64,000 nt of DNA from Syntrophomonadaceae bacterium (GTDB lineage Bacteria; Bacillota; Dethiobacteria; DTU022), in assembly GCA_003554615.1 (NCBI GenBank), contig PWGX01000017.1, positions 7,532 through 71,531 on the forward strand, written 5' to 3'. Numbering within the stretch: the first letter of the stretch is position 1; the number at the start of each line of letters is the position of its first letter. The notes beneath the pieces are model-generated. The model was not told where the DNA came from. It worked only from the letters and a program-made list of their open reading frames with translations, and did not search any database. The position numbers and the translations under genes are program-made. Positions 52,512-61,161 of the stretch are shown in pieces.

Positions 52512-53753
52512 ATGACTGTTGAGAAAAGCCTTGAAGAAAAACAAAAGATGGCGCATGACCGGGCTAATGAGCTGAAAGACACAATAGCCGATTACAGGGA
52601 AGCTCTAAAAGATATGCCGTTTGGCTTTAAGAACTGGCCTCAAATTCAGAAAAACCAGAAAAGAATAAAAGAGTATTTTAAGGCCTCCGATCATGACTGG
52701 GAAAATTGGCACTGGCAGCTTAAAAACCGGATCACCACTCCTGATGTTTTAAAAGAACTTCTGCCCATAGATAAACAGGAACTTGATGAAATCAAGGAAA
52801 CAGGATCAAAATTTCGCTGGGCGGTTTCTCCCTATTATCTCAGCTTAATAGACCCTGATGATCCTGACGATCCGGTTAAAAAACAATGCATACCAAGCAT
52901 CAATGAATACCTTGACCAGGAGGGTTATGATGACCCGATGGGGGAAGAATTTACTTCCCCGACAGCGGCAATTACCCGCCGTTATCCGGATCGCCTGATT
53001 ATAAAAGTTACCAACCAGTGTGCCATGTACTGCCGCCACTGCCAGCGGCGCAGAGGTATCGGCGAACAGGATTTGGCCACACCCAGGGAGCAATTGGAAG
53101 AAGCAATTGATTATGTCAGAAATAACGAAGAAATACGCGATGTTCTGCTGACAGGCGGAGATGGCCTGATGCTTAGTAATCAGAACATCAAATGGCTCCT
53201 GGAGGAAATCGACAGCATCGAACACGTTGAAATCAAGCGCTTCGGGTCAAGGACACTGGTAACAATGCCGCAGCGGGTTGACGACGAGCTGTGTCGAATT
53301 TTTTCCGAGCATCTGCCTCTGTATGTTATTACTCATTACAACCATCCCCTTGAAGTTACCCCCAGGGCGAGGGAAGCATGTTTTAAACTGGCCAGAAGCG
53401 GCGTAAGTTTGGGCAACCAGGCAGTGCTTCTTAAAGGCGTAAATGACGATCCCTTTGTGATGAGAAAGCTAAACCAGGAGCTGCTGAAAATGATGGTCAG
53501 GCCTTACCTGATTTTCCACGCCAAGGCAGTCAAGGGCACTTCCCATTTCAGGACCAAGGTCGAAGAAGGTATAGAGATAATGGAAAAATTACGCGGTTAC
53601 ACTTCAGGGCTGGCAATTCCCCATTATGTTGTCAATGCACCTTTTGGCCTGGGCAAAACACCGATGCTGCCGGAATACCTGGTCAGCATGGGCAAAGATC
53701 TTTTAAAAATCAGGACCTGGGAAAACAAGGTCCTGGACTATGAAAATGATTAA
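52512..53753 (+). CDS. kamA: KamA-family radical SAM aminomutase (lysine 2,3-aminomutase-like)
   Basis: I chose the ATG at 52512, which follows AAGGAGGAGGG. The radical SAM motif CAMYCRHCQRR is present, along with LLTGGD and the RPYLIFH block. The ~414-aa length is typical of KamA. Confidence 0.8.
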   Translation: MTVEKSLEEKQKMAHDRANELKDTIADYREALKDMPFGFKNWPQIQKNQKRIKEYFKASDHDWENWHWQLKNRITTPDVLKELLPIDKQELDEIKETGSKFRWAVSPYYLSLIDPDDPDDPVKKQCIPSINEYLDQEGYDDPMGEEFTSPTAAITRRYPDRLIIKVTNQCAMYCRHCQRRRGIGEQDLATPREQLEEAIDYVRNNEEIRDVLLTGGDGLMLSNQNIKWLLEEIDSIEHVEIKRFGSRTLVTMPQRVDDELCRIFSEHLPLYVITHYNHPLEVTPRAREACFKLARSGVSLGNQAVLLKGVNDDPFVMRKLNQELLKMMVRPYLIFHAKAVKGTSHFRTKVEEGIEIMEKLRGYTSGLAIPHYVVNAPFGLGKTPMLPEYLVSMGKDLLKIRTWENKVLDYEND

Positions 53754-53777
53754 ATTTATTTTCAGCTACCGCTGATT

Positions 53778-54839
53778 TTATTCCTTGATGTAATCTATAA
53801 GCTTTTCCCATTTTAAGTATTTGTCAATGTTATCCTTAATTATTTTTATTGCTTCAGTGTTCTGTGGATGAATGCTCCGGTAAATACTCTGCAGGTTTTC
53901 GATGGTGGAGTAGGTATCTTCATGGACCAGTATTACCGGGACCCCTTTTTCTTCAGCCCGGGAAAGCACAGCCAGATCCGGGTAAAGGCCACCGGTTAAT
54001 ATAATTACCGAGGTGCTGGTTTCAAGGGCCGTCAGGGCCATATCGCTGCGATCACCGCCCGTGATCAAAGCCTTATTCGGAGCCCGGCGCAGGTAGGTAA
54101 GGGCGCTCTCACTGGTCATGGTCCCTACGACCACTTCTTCAACGATCCGGTTCATGTTATCTGGAGCGGTTAGGACATCGCCTCCGACAACATCAAAAAA
54201 TTCGGCCACGGTCGGAGCTGATATTTCGATCTGGCTCGGGATTACACCTAAAACATCAAAACCCTTGTCCTCAACCAGCGGTTTGTATACGCTGTTGCTT
54301 TTGTTCCACTGGGTGGTGGCAACATTGTTAAAAATACAACCGAGTACCTGAATATTTTTGTTTGTCCACATCTCCAGGTAGAGCAAGTTTTGATCAAGGT
54401 CAAAATCGTCATCAGCCTTAATTATCGGCAAAGCTGCAGCGCCAAGTATTTCCGCCAGGTTAAAATCATCGAGGCCCTGATTGTGGCCTACATGGGGCTC
54501 GATGCTGCCATCAATCAGGACGACGTCGTATCCCTCGGAACATTTTTGAAAGGCTTTTTTTATGCGGGGGTGAAGATCCCTGGCTTCCTGCATAAATCGC
54601 GGGGTCAGGTAATGGTCGTTTACAGTAACAGGAGAGACGGTGCCCCCGGGGAAAGGCAGGGATAACTGATCACGCATCAACATGACGTCGTCGTCGTCTT
54701 TTTTTACTGTCCCTTTCCGAAAACCAATCGGCTTGAAATAAGAAACTTTCAAGCCCTGCTCTTTAAGTTTTAATCCTAACCCAAGGGCGGTGGCAGTTTT
54801 CCCCCCGCCGGCTTTTCCAGAAAAATAAATCGCCTTCAT
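53778..54839 (-). CDS. P-loop (BioD/CobQ-like) + DRTGG domain protein, resembling the N-terminal half of long phosphotransacetylases
   Basis: The N-terminus is GKAGGGKTATALGLGL..YFKPIG. The C-terminal region carries a GGDRSDM (DRTGG-like) segment. It lies downstream of the ADP-forming ACS in the same operon. Confidence 0.7.
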   Translation of the reverse strand: MKAIYFSGKAGGGKTATALGLGLKLKEQGLKVSYFKPIGFRKGTVKKDDDDVMLMRDQLSLPFPGGTVSPVTVNDHYLTPRFMQEARDLHPRIKKAFQKCSEGYDVVLIDGSIEPHVGHNQGLDDFNLAEILGAAALPIIKADDDFDLDQNLLYLEMWTNKNIQVLGCIFNNVATTQWNKSNSVYKPLVEDKGFDVLGVIPSQIEISAPTVAEFFDVVGGDVLTAPDNMNRIVEEVVVGTMTSESALTYLRRAPNKALITGGDRSDMALTALETSTSVIILTGGLYPDLAVLSRAEEKGVPVILVHEDTYSTIENLQSIYRSIHPQNTEAIKIIKDNIDKYLKWEKLIDYIKE

Positions 54840-54859
54840 TTAATCACCTCATTAAGTAG

Positions 54860-56989
54860 TTATCCCTTTTCATTAACTTCTTCAACCGTTATTTTTACAT
54901 CAAGGGCTGTGGCGCCCTTGTAATGAACACGAACCGGGTTGATGTCCATTTCGGTTATTTCTCTAAAATCACTGACCAGTCTGGACGTCCTCAAAATAGT
55001 CTCGGAAAGGGCTTCGATATCGGCCGGTTTTTTGCCCCGGTAGCCTTTGAGCAAAGTATAAGCTCTGGTTTCGGAAATCATTTTTTTGACCTCTTCCCGG
55101 GTGGTTAGCCCCGAAGCAAGGCGGAAAGAAACATCTTCAAGGAGGTTGACATAAATTCCACCCAATCCGAAAACTACCAGTGGTCCAAACTGGACATCCC
55201 TGGACATGCCGACGATAACCTCGATTCCTTCCTCAACCATATCCTGCACTTCAATGCCATATATCGGAGCATCGGGAAGGTAATAATGCACGTTTTCTAT
55301 GATTTTTCGATAGGCTTTTTTTACTTCCTTATCGCTGTGTAAGCCAATTGCCACCCCACCGACATCAGTTTTGTGTGCAATACGTGGTGAAGAAATTTTC
55401 AAGGCCACGGGGAAACCAAGTTTTTCACCAATCTCAGCTGCTTCATCTTCTGACTCGGCAAGGTACGTCTTACTGACCTGGATACCGTAAGCCGACATCA
55501 CATCGGAAGCCTCATGCCCCAGCAAAACCACCCTGCGGTCGGCAAAAACATCGTCCAGGATTTTACGAACAGCTTTCTTATCAATACCGGTTAGTTCCAC
55601 CGGTTCTGAAGGATCGGGCGCTTTGAGGTATTGAGCGTACTGGAGCATGCCTCGCAAAGAATTAACAGATGGCTCCGGAAATGTAAAAGCAGGTATAGAA
55701 TTGGTGGTCAGGTAGCTTCGCCCTTCGGTCAGGGTTTTCCCTCCCATGTATACAGCCATAACAGGCTTGTGGTTATGTTTATTATTCAGTTCAACTATAG
55801 TGCGGGCAGTTTTTTCCGGTTCGGTTACCGCCGCCGGGCAAAGCAAAACCAGGGCGTTGTCTACGTTTTCATCTTCTATGACGGTTTCCAGGGCAAACCG
55901 GTAACGGTCATCACGGGCATCGCCGAGAATATCAACCGGGTTATAAAGGTTTGCTTCACTGGGCAGATGTTCCCTTAACTTATCAATAGTTTCTTTTGTA
56001 AAACGGGCCATTTTAAGGCCATACTTTTCAACAGCATCAGTGGCTACGATAGCAGGCCCGCCGGCATTGGTAACGATGGCTGTCCGTGAATTGCCGGGCA
56101 GCGGCTGAGTTGCAAAAGCCCTTGCCATATCAAAAAGATCGTTCATGCTTTCAGCCCTGAGCACGCCGCTCTGCCTGAAAGCGGCATCATAAGCCCGGTT
56201 GCTGCCGGCCAGGGCCCCGGTATGGGAACTGGCAGCCTGGGCGCCGGCGCTGCTGGTCCCAGATTTTAAGATAATTATGGGCTTTTTCTTACTCGCCTCC
56301 GAGCAAACTCTGACAAACCTTTCGCCGTCGGTAATGTCTTCAACATAACAGAGTATAACGTTGGTCTGGGGATCGTCGGCACAGCTTTCAATCAAATCAA
56401 TTTCGGTCAAATCAGCCTTGTTACCGGTGCTGATAAAGCGCGAAAAACCCATCCCCATTTCGAAGCTCCAGTCAAGAATTGAAACCAGCATAGCACCGCT
56501 CTGAGATATAAAAGAAATATTTCCCCGGTTGGGGAATCCTTCAGCAAAAGAAGCGTTAACCGGGGAATGGGTATCCATAAGCCCGACGCAATTTGGGCCG
56601 AGCATGCGCATGCCGTAGCGTTTGCAAATTGATCTCAGTTCCTGTTCCTGCTTCAGGCCTTCCTTGCCGACTTCCTTAAAACCGGCGGTAATGACGATTA
56701 ACCCCTTAACGCCTGCCTGTCCGCACTCTTCAGCCACTTTGGCGGCATGCTTGGCGGGAACTGATATGACGGCTACGTCAATAGGGGCTTTTACATCTAA
56801 AACCGAACAGTATGTCTTCAGGCCGGCTATTTCTTCCTCGTTGGGGTTTATGGGATAAATATTCCCTTTAAAACTACTTTTAATGATGTTATCTAAAACA
56901 GCATAGCCGATTTTCTGGGTTGAACGGGAAGCTCCGACCACGGCAATATGAGCCGGGTTAAATAAAAATTCTAAGTTACTCATGGCCAC
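54860..56989 (-). CDS. ADP-forming acetyl-CoA synthetase (fused alpha-beta; NDP-forming acyl-CoA synthetase superfamily)
   Basis: The product has a CoA-binding N-terminus (IAVVGASR...KIGY), a succinyl-CoA-ligase-like segment (SQSGA) with the phosphohistidine-loop context SSHTGALAG, and a C-terminal ATP-grasp domain. It is 709 aa long. Confidence 0.85.
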   Translation of the reverse strand: MAMSNLEFLFNPAHIAVVGASRSTQKIGYAVLDNIIKSSFKGNIYPINPNEEEIAGLKTYCSVLDVKAPIDVAVISVPAKHAAKVAEECGQAGVKGLIVITAGFKEVGKEGLKQEQELRSICKRYGMRMLGPNCVGLMDTHSPVNASFAEGFPNRGNISFISQSGAMLVSILDWSFEMGMGFSRFISTGNKADLTEIDLIESCADDPQTNVILCYVEDITDGERFVRVCSEASKKKPIIILKSGTSSAGAQAASSHTGALAGSNRAYDAAFRQSGVLRAESMNDLFDMARAFATQPLPGNSRTAIVTNAGGPAIVATDAVEKYGLKMARFTKETIDKLREHLPSEANLYNPVDILGDARDDRYRFALETVIEDENVDNALVLLCPAAVTEPEKTARTIVELNNKHNHKPVMAVYMGGKTLTEGRSYLTTNSIPAFTFPEPSVNSLRGMLQYAQYLKAPDPSEPVELTGIDKKAVRKILDDVFADRRVVLLGHEASDVMSAYGIQVSKTYLAESEDEAAEIGEKLGFPVALKISSPRIAHKTDVGGVAIGLHSDKEVKKAYRKIIENVHYYLPDAPIYGIEVQDMVEEGIEVIVGMSRDVQFGPLVVFGLGGIYVNLLEDVSFRLASGLTTREEVKKMISETRAYTLLKGYRGKKPADIEALSETILRTSRLVSDFREITEMDINPVRVHYKGATALDVKITVEEVNEKG

Positions 56990-57083
56990 AATCCTTTGTT
57001 ATAATTTCTTGCTTGAACACCTCTCTTTATTCTATATAAATACAGGGGCATTATCAACAGTTGTTCGAATTTTTCCCTGCTCA

Positions 57084-57111
57084 TTGACTTTTAAGCTTTT
57101 TTTGGTACAAT
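57084..57111 (+). promoter_or_regulatory. Candidate promoter for speD-speE (TTGACT-16 nt-TGgTACAAT)
   Basis: TTGACT lies at 57084-57089 and TACAAT at 57106-57111, preceded by TGg. Confidence 0.5.
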
Positions 57112-57161
57112 GTATCCTGACGCTTTCATTTGAAAAAACTGTTTACAAGGAGGTATCAGAG

Positions 57162-57548
57162 ATGAGCGCTTTAGGCCGTCATATTTTGGCTGAGTTTTAT
57201 GGTTGCCCTATGGAGATTTTGAGCGACCTCGAGCAGATAAAGCAATCCATGGTTGCGGCTGCCCTTGAGGCGGGAGCTGAGGTTAAAGAAACCGTTTTCC
57301 ATCAATTCAGCCCTCAAGGCGTAAGCGGTGTGGTAGTAATATCCGAATCCCACCTGGCCATCCACACCTGGCCCGAATTCGGATATGCCGCAGTTGACGT
57401 TTTTACCTGCGGGCAAACAGTTGATCCATGGGTGTCGTGTAATTATTTGAAACAGACGTTTTCAGCCCAAAATATGTTGGCTCGAGAAATCAAGCGCGGC
57501 ATCTTTGATGTCCAGGTCGAATACAAACAGGCGGCAACTTATTCTTAA
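57162..57548 (+). CDS. speD: S-adenosylmethionine decarboxylase proenzyme (pyruvoyl, SpeH/SpeD class 1)
   Basis: I chose the ATG at 57162, which follows AAGGAGG. The sequence [11 protein letters not shown]...[20 protein letters not shown] includes the ES|H self-cleavage site. Confidence 0.9.
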   Translation: MSALGRHILAEFYGCPMEILSDLEQIKQSMVAAALEAGAEVKETVFHQFSPQGVSGVVVISESHLAIHTWPEFGYAAVDVFTCGQTVDPWVSCNYLKQTFSAQNMLAREIKRGIFDVQVEYKQAATYS

Positions 57549-57607
57549 AGTTGCCGGTCAAACTGCAGCTCAAAGCAGGGAGGGCTTAAGCAAGGAGGAT
57601 AAGCGAA

Positions 57608-58516
57608 GTGCCTTTTAAAAAGCATAAGTGGTACATAGATCACACTTCACCAACTACGGCTCATTTATATGGTATTGAAAACTACATTAGAAGTTTTCAA
57701 AGCGAATACCAGCAGGTAGAAATTGCCGAAACCGAACTCTACGGCCGTATTCTATTTTTGGATGGCAAAGTTCAATCTTCAGAAAGCGATGAGTATATTT
57801 ACCACGAGGCGCTGGTTCATCCGGCAATGCTGATGAATCCGGCGCCTCGGCGTGTGCTGGTTATCGGGGGCGGAGAAGGGGCCACTCTGCGTGAAGTGCT
57901 TAAACACAATACCGTGGAGCAGTTGATCATGGTCGATCTGGACCGGGAAGTTGTTGAACACTGCCGGGAGTACCTGGAGAAATGGCACCAGGGTAGTTTT
58001 GATGATCGGCGGGTAAGCCTTTATTACATGGATGCCAGGGAATACCTGGAGAACGAGAACGGCACCTTCGATGTCATTATCAGCGATGTCCCTGAACCGG
58101 TGGAAGAAGGGCCGGCTTTAAAACTTTTCACCGTCCAGTACTTTGAATTAATCAAAAAGCGCCTTTCGGATAATGGGCTTTTTTCACTGCAGGCCGGCGA
58201 CACCTGTCTGCCCTTCATTGAATCGCACAGTGCCATCAATAACACAATTAAAAAGGTAATGCCTTTTGTAAAACCGTACCGGGCTTTCGTCCCTTCTTAC
58301 AATACAGAATGGGGCTTTATTCTTTCTGCGCCTTTTAATACGGATCTGCACGCCGCCGAAACATTCGATAGCCTGGTAGAAGAACGAAAATTGGATCTGT
58401 ATTATTTTGATGGCGAAACAGTCCTGACAATGTTTACGGTGCCCAAGGATATGCGAAAAATTTTAGAGGAAGAAACAACAGTTATAGATGACGACAACCT
58501 GATGCCGATTTACTAG
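57608..58516 (+). CDS. speE: Spermidine synthase
   Basis: The gene has a GTG start. The motifs LDG..Q..E.DE..YHE.LVHP, VLVIGGGEGATLREVLKH and D.....II.D are present. Confidence 0.9.
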   Translation: MPFKKHKWYIDHTSPTTAHLYGIENYIRSFQSEYQQVEIAETELYGRILFLDGKVQSSESDEYIYHEALVHPAMLMNPAPRRVLVIGGGEGATLREVLKHNTVEQLIMVDLDREVVEHCREYLEKWHQGSFDDRRVSLYYMDAREYLENENGTFDVIISDVPEPVEEGPALKLFTVQYFELIKKRLSDNGLFSLQAGDTCLPFIESHSAINNTIKKVMPFVKPYRAFVPSYNTEWGFILSAPFNTDLHAAETFDSLVEERKLDLYYFDGETVLTMFTVPKDMRKILEEETTVIDDDNLMPIY

Positions 58517-58545
58517 CAAACATTTATAAGAGTTGGAGGATTTCA

Positions 58546-59004
58546 ATGGAAACCAGGGAAAGAACATTTTTAATGGTTAAGCCGGACGGAGTGCAGCGGG
58601 CTTTGGTTGGCAACGTGATCAGCAGGATGGAAAACAAGGGCTTAAAGCTGGTAGCAATGAAGATGATGCAGGTATCCAGGGAGCTGGCCTCCCGCCATTA
58701 CAGGGAACACGAAGGAAAGCCCTTTTATGATGGTTTGATCGAATTTATTACTTCAGCACCGGTAGTAGCCATGATCTGGGAAGGTAACGAGGTTATCGAA
58801 ATGACCCGGACCCTGGTGGGCGCTACCGATCCCAAGAAAGCGGCACCCGGGACCATGCGCGGTGATTTGGCGGTGTTTACCGGTAAAAATATGGTTCATG
58901 CTTCCGATTCCCTGGAAAGCGCCACCAGGGAGATCGACTTATTTTTTAATGAAAATGAAATTTGCTCGTACAATCAGCCCCATGAAAGCTGCCTGTACGA
59001 GTAA
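58546..59004 (+). CDS. ndk: Nucleoside diphosphate kinase
   Basis: The motifs ERTFLMVKPDGVQR, TMRGD and NMVHASDS (the active-site His context) are present. Confidence 0.95.
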   Translation: METRERTFLMVKPDGVQRALVGNVISRMENKGLKLVAMKMMQVSRELASRHYREHEGKPFYDGLIEFITSAPVVAMIWEGNEVIEMTRTLVGATDPKKAAPGTMRGDLAVFTGKNMVHASDSLESATREIDLFFNENEICSYNQPHESCLYE

Positions 59005-59039
59005 CTGACCAAAAACAACCCGATAACCAATTTATAACG

Positions 59040-59068
59040 GCGGCTGAAATTTTCAGCCGCTTTTTCTT
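59040..59068 (+). terminator. Rho-independent terminator after ndk
   Basis: GCGGCTGA-AATTT-TCAGCCGC forms an 8-bp stem and is followed by TTTTTCTT. Confidence 0.85.
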
Positions 59069-59095
59069 GCATAATTGGGAGCAATGCGTTATAAT
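59067..59095 (+). promoter_or_regulatory. Candidate promoter TTGCAT-17 nt-TATAAT
   Basis: TTGCAT lies at 59067-59072 and TATAAT at 59090-59095. Confidence 0.55.
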
Positions 59096-59138
59096 ATACA
59101 TAACTAATTAAGTTAGTAATTTAAGGTGGTGGTGAGAG

Positions 59139-59774
59139 ATGTTTTCCACTAAATGTCCCGGTCAAGACATGCGGTACTGGACCGCTGACGATGTCCACGA
59201 GGAAAAATGCCCCGGCTGCGGGGAAATAATTGAGTTTTTTAAAACCGACATCCGGCTGCGGTGCCGAAATTGCAAAACCAGGGTGGCCAATCCCAGGTTC
59301 GATATGGGATGTGCCGAATGGTGTGCCCATGCCGAGATGTGCCTGGGGCCGGGTGCAAAAGGGATCCAAAAGAAGTCTTTCCGGACCGTTCTTGAAGAAG
59401 AATTTGAACGTCTTGGTGGCAATAAACCCGAAAGCAGTAAAGCCCTGAAAGATATGATTAACAGCGCCGAGGATAAATGCCGCCGGGCCGGTGCAGACAT
59501 GCTGCCGGTTGTGGCGGGGACGGTCATCCTGGCCCTGGTCAAACTGGGCCTGGTAAAGGAAGCCGGAAAATATATCGATCAGCTTGCTGAAGAGCACGAA
59601 CTGCCCGGTGAAGCAGTAAATGAAACCCAAAAATTGGTTGAAACTGCCCTGGAAAATAATCTTGCAGGAGTAGCCGAATTTGAAAAGAACGGAGATCAAC
59701 CCGAAGCTGACGAGATAAGGATAATAGGAGAACTGTTTTCCGAACACGGGGATAAACTGGTTCGGCCGCGATAA
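59139..59774 (+). CDS. Cysteine-rich zinc-ribbon protein of unknown function
   Basis: The N-terminus has CPG..(x20)..CPGCG..(x14)..CRNC..(x13)..C..WC....C, followed by an alpha-helical C-terminal half. I do not recognise a family. Confidence 0.55.
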   Translation: MFSTKCPGQDMRYWTADDVHEEKCPGCGEIIEFFKTDIRLRCRNCKTRVANPRFDMGCAEWCAHAEMCLGPGAKGIQKKSFRTVLEEEFERLGGNKPESSKALKDMINSAEDKCRRAGADMLPVVAGTVILALVKLGLVKEAGKYIDQLAEEHELPGEAVNETQKLVETALENNLAGVAEFEKNGDQPEADEIRIIGELFSEHGDKLVRPR

Positions 59775-59799
59775 ATTATTAATGGAGGATGATTAAATT

Positions 59800-60543
59800 A
59801 TGAACAACGTTGTCAGGAAAATAATTTCAATTGATGAAAGCAAGTGCGACGGTTGTGGCCTGTGCATTCCGTCCTGTGAAGAAGGTGCCCTGCAGATAGT
59901 TGACGGAAAAGCCAAACTGGTTAAAGATATTTACTGCGACGGCCTTGGAAACTGTCTCGGGGAATGCCCTCAGGGAGCAATTGAATTGATCGAACGCGAG
60001 GCCGAACCTTTTGATGAAGAAGCGGTCGAAGAACGCCTTAAATCACTTGAAAGCGAAAAAAATGTTGAGCCTGCCTCAGAAAACATGGCCAGCTGTGGAA
60101 GTAAGGAAATTAAAGATCTAAACAAGACTGCAGCACCTGCCGGACACGAGGAAGCACACGAAACGGCAGCTCCTGAAGCGGAATTAAGCCACTGGCCGGT
60201 TCAGCTGCACCTGGTTTCACCGGAAGCCCGTTTTTTGCAAAACCAGGATCTGCTAATTGCCGCAGACTGCGTTCCTTTTGCTTATCCCGATTTCCATCGG
60301 AAATTCCTGGCCGGTCGGGCCCTTTTAATCGGCTGCCCCAAATTGGATGATGTTGATGTTTATCACGACAAACTGGTTGAGATATTTAAACGAAATAACG
60401 TGCAGAGTATAAACCTGGTCCACATGGAGGTAGGTTGTTGTTTTGGGCTTTCCCGTCTGGTCCGATCGGCCCTTCAGGAAGCGGGCGTTGATCTTCCTTT
60501 GAAGGAAACAATAATTGGGGTGGATGGCAGCATCAAGCAGTAA
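59800..60543 (+). CDS. 4Fe-4S dicluster domain protein with conserved C-terminal Cys-containing domain
   Basis: The ferredoxin motifs CDGCGLCIPSC and CDGLGNCLGECP are present. The C-terminal HWPVQLHLV..ADCVPFAYP..GCPKLDD..VGCC region follows. Confidence 0.7.
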   Translation: MNNVVRKIISIDESKCDGCGLCIPSCEEGALQIVDGKAKLVKDIYCDGLGNCLGECPQGAIELIEREAEPFDEEAVEERLKSLESEKNVEPASENMASCGSKEIKDLNKTAAPAGHEEAHETAAPEAELSHWPVQLHLVSPEARFLQNQDLLIAADCVPFAYPDFHRKFLAGRALLIGCPKLDDVDVYHDKLVEIFKRNNVQSINLVHMEVGCCFGLSRLVRSALQEAGVDLPLKETIIGVDGSIKQ

Positions 60544-60561
60544 AAAAAGCAGCCCAGGCAA

Positions 60562-60975
60562 TTAGCAGTCTTTGGCTGCCTTTTCAGCAAGATCTTTTAT
60601 GGATACCTCTTCCAGGACAGAAAGCATGTTTTGCTGAGCCCTGGCCCAGATGCCCCTCAGGGAACAATGAGTTTTGTTCTGGCAGGGTGTTTCGCTGAAC
60701 AGGCAGCGGGTGATTCCAATTGGCCCGTCGATTTTTTCTACAACCTGCCTCAGGTTTATTTCAGATGGATCAATCAAGAGCCTGATCCCGCCGGCCGGGC
60801 CTCTGGTGCCGGTGGTCCAGCCCGCTTCTTTTAAAACTGCAAGCAGCTGGACCACGAGATTGGAGGGGATAGCCCGATTGCGAGCTATCTCTTTGCTTGT
60901 AATAACCGTTCCTTCCGGGTGGGAGGCAAGTTCGGCTAATATAATGATGGCGTACTCGGCTTTTTTAGTAATCAT
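60562..60975 (-). CDS. Rrf2 family transcriptional regulator
   Basis: The N-terminus MITKKAEYAIIILAELA followed by a wHTH is typical of Rrf2. Three C-terminal Cys (C-x7-C-x5-C) are compatible with Fe-S cluster ligation. Confidence 0.88.
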   Translation of the reverse strand: MITKKAEYAIIILAELASHPEGTVITSKEIARNRAIPSNLVVQLLAVLKEAGWTTGTRGPAGGIRLLIDPSEINLRQVVEKIDGPIGITRCLFSETPCQNKTHCSLRGIWARAQQNMLSVLEEVSIKDLAEKAAKDC

Positions 60976-60996
60976 GGTTCATTTCCTTTATTATAA

Positions 60997-61013
60997 ATAA
61001 CTAGATTGGTTAT
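60997..61013. promoter_or_regulatory. 17-bp palindrome ATAAC-N7-GTTAT upstream of the Rrf2 gene (candidate operator)
   Basis: The sequence ATAACTAGATTGGTTAT lies about 22-38 nt upstream of the Rrf2 start codon at 60975 on the - strand. Rrf2 regulators commonly bind AT-rich inverted repeats. Confidence 0.3.
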
Positions 61014-61161
61014 ATTATATTCCAGGTTTTCTTGACCGTCAACTCCGGGCAACTATGAGTAAAATTTTAACGGGGGGATTGTGTACTTTTAATTCTGAAC
61101 TAATTATATTATAATTATATTTAAAGAGGTTCTTAAAAATAAAAAAGGTCGAGGATATAAG

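Noticed and set aside
52512-53753. The KamA-like enzyme could be EpmB, the EF-P beta-lysylation enzyme, given efp in the window.
   Set aside because: Its ~414-aa length and long N-terminal helical region are typical of true 2,3-aminomutases, whereas EpmB is about 340 aa. No epmA is adjacent, and it lies 38 kb from efp.
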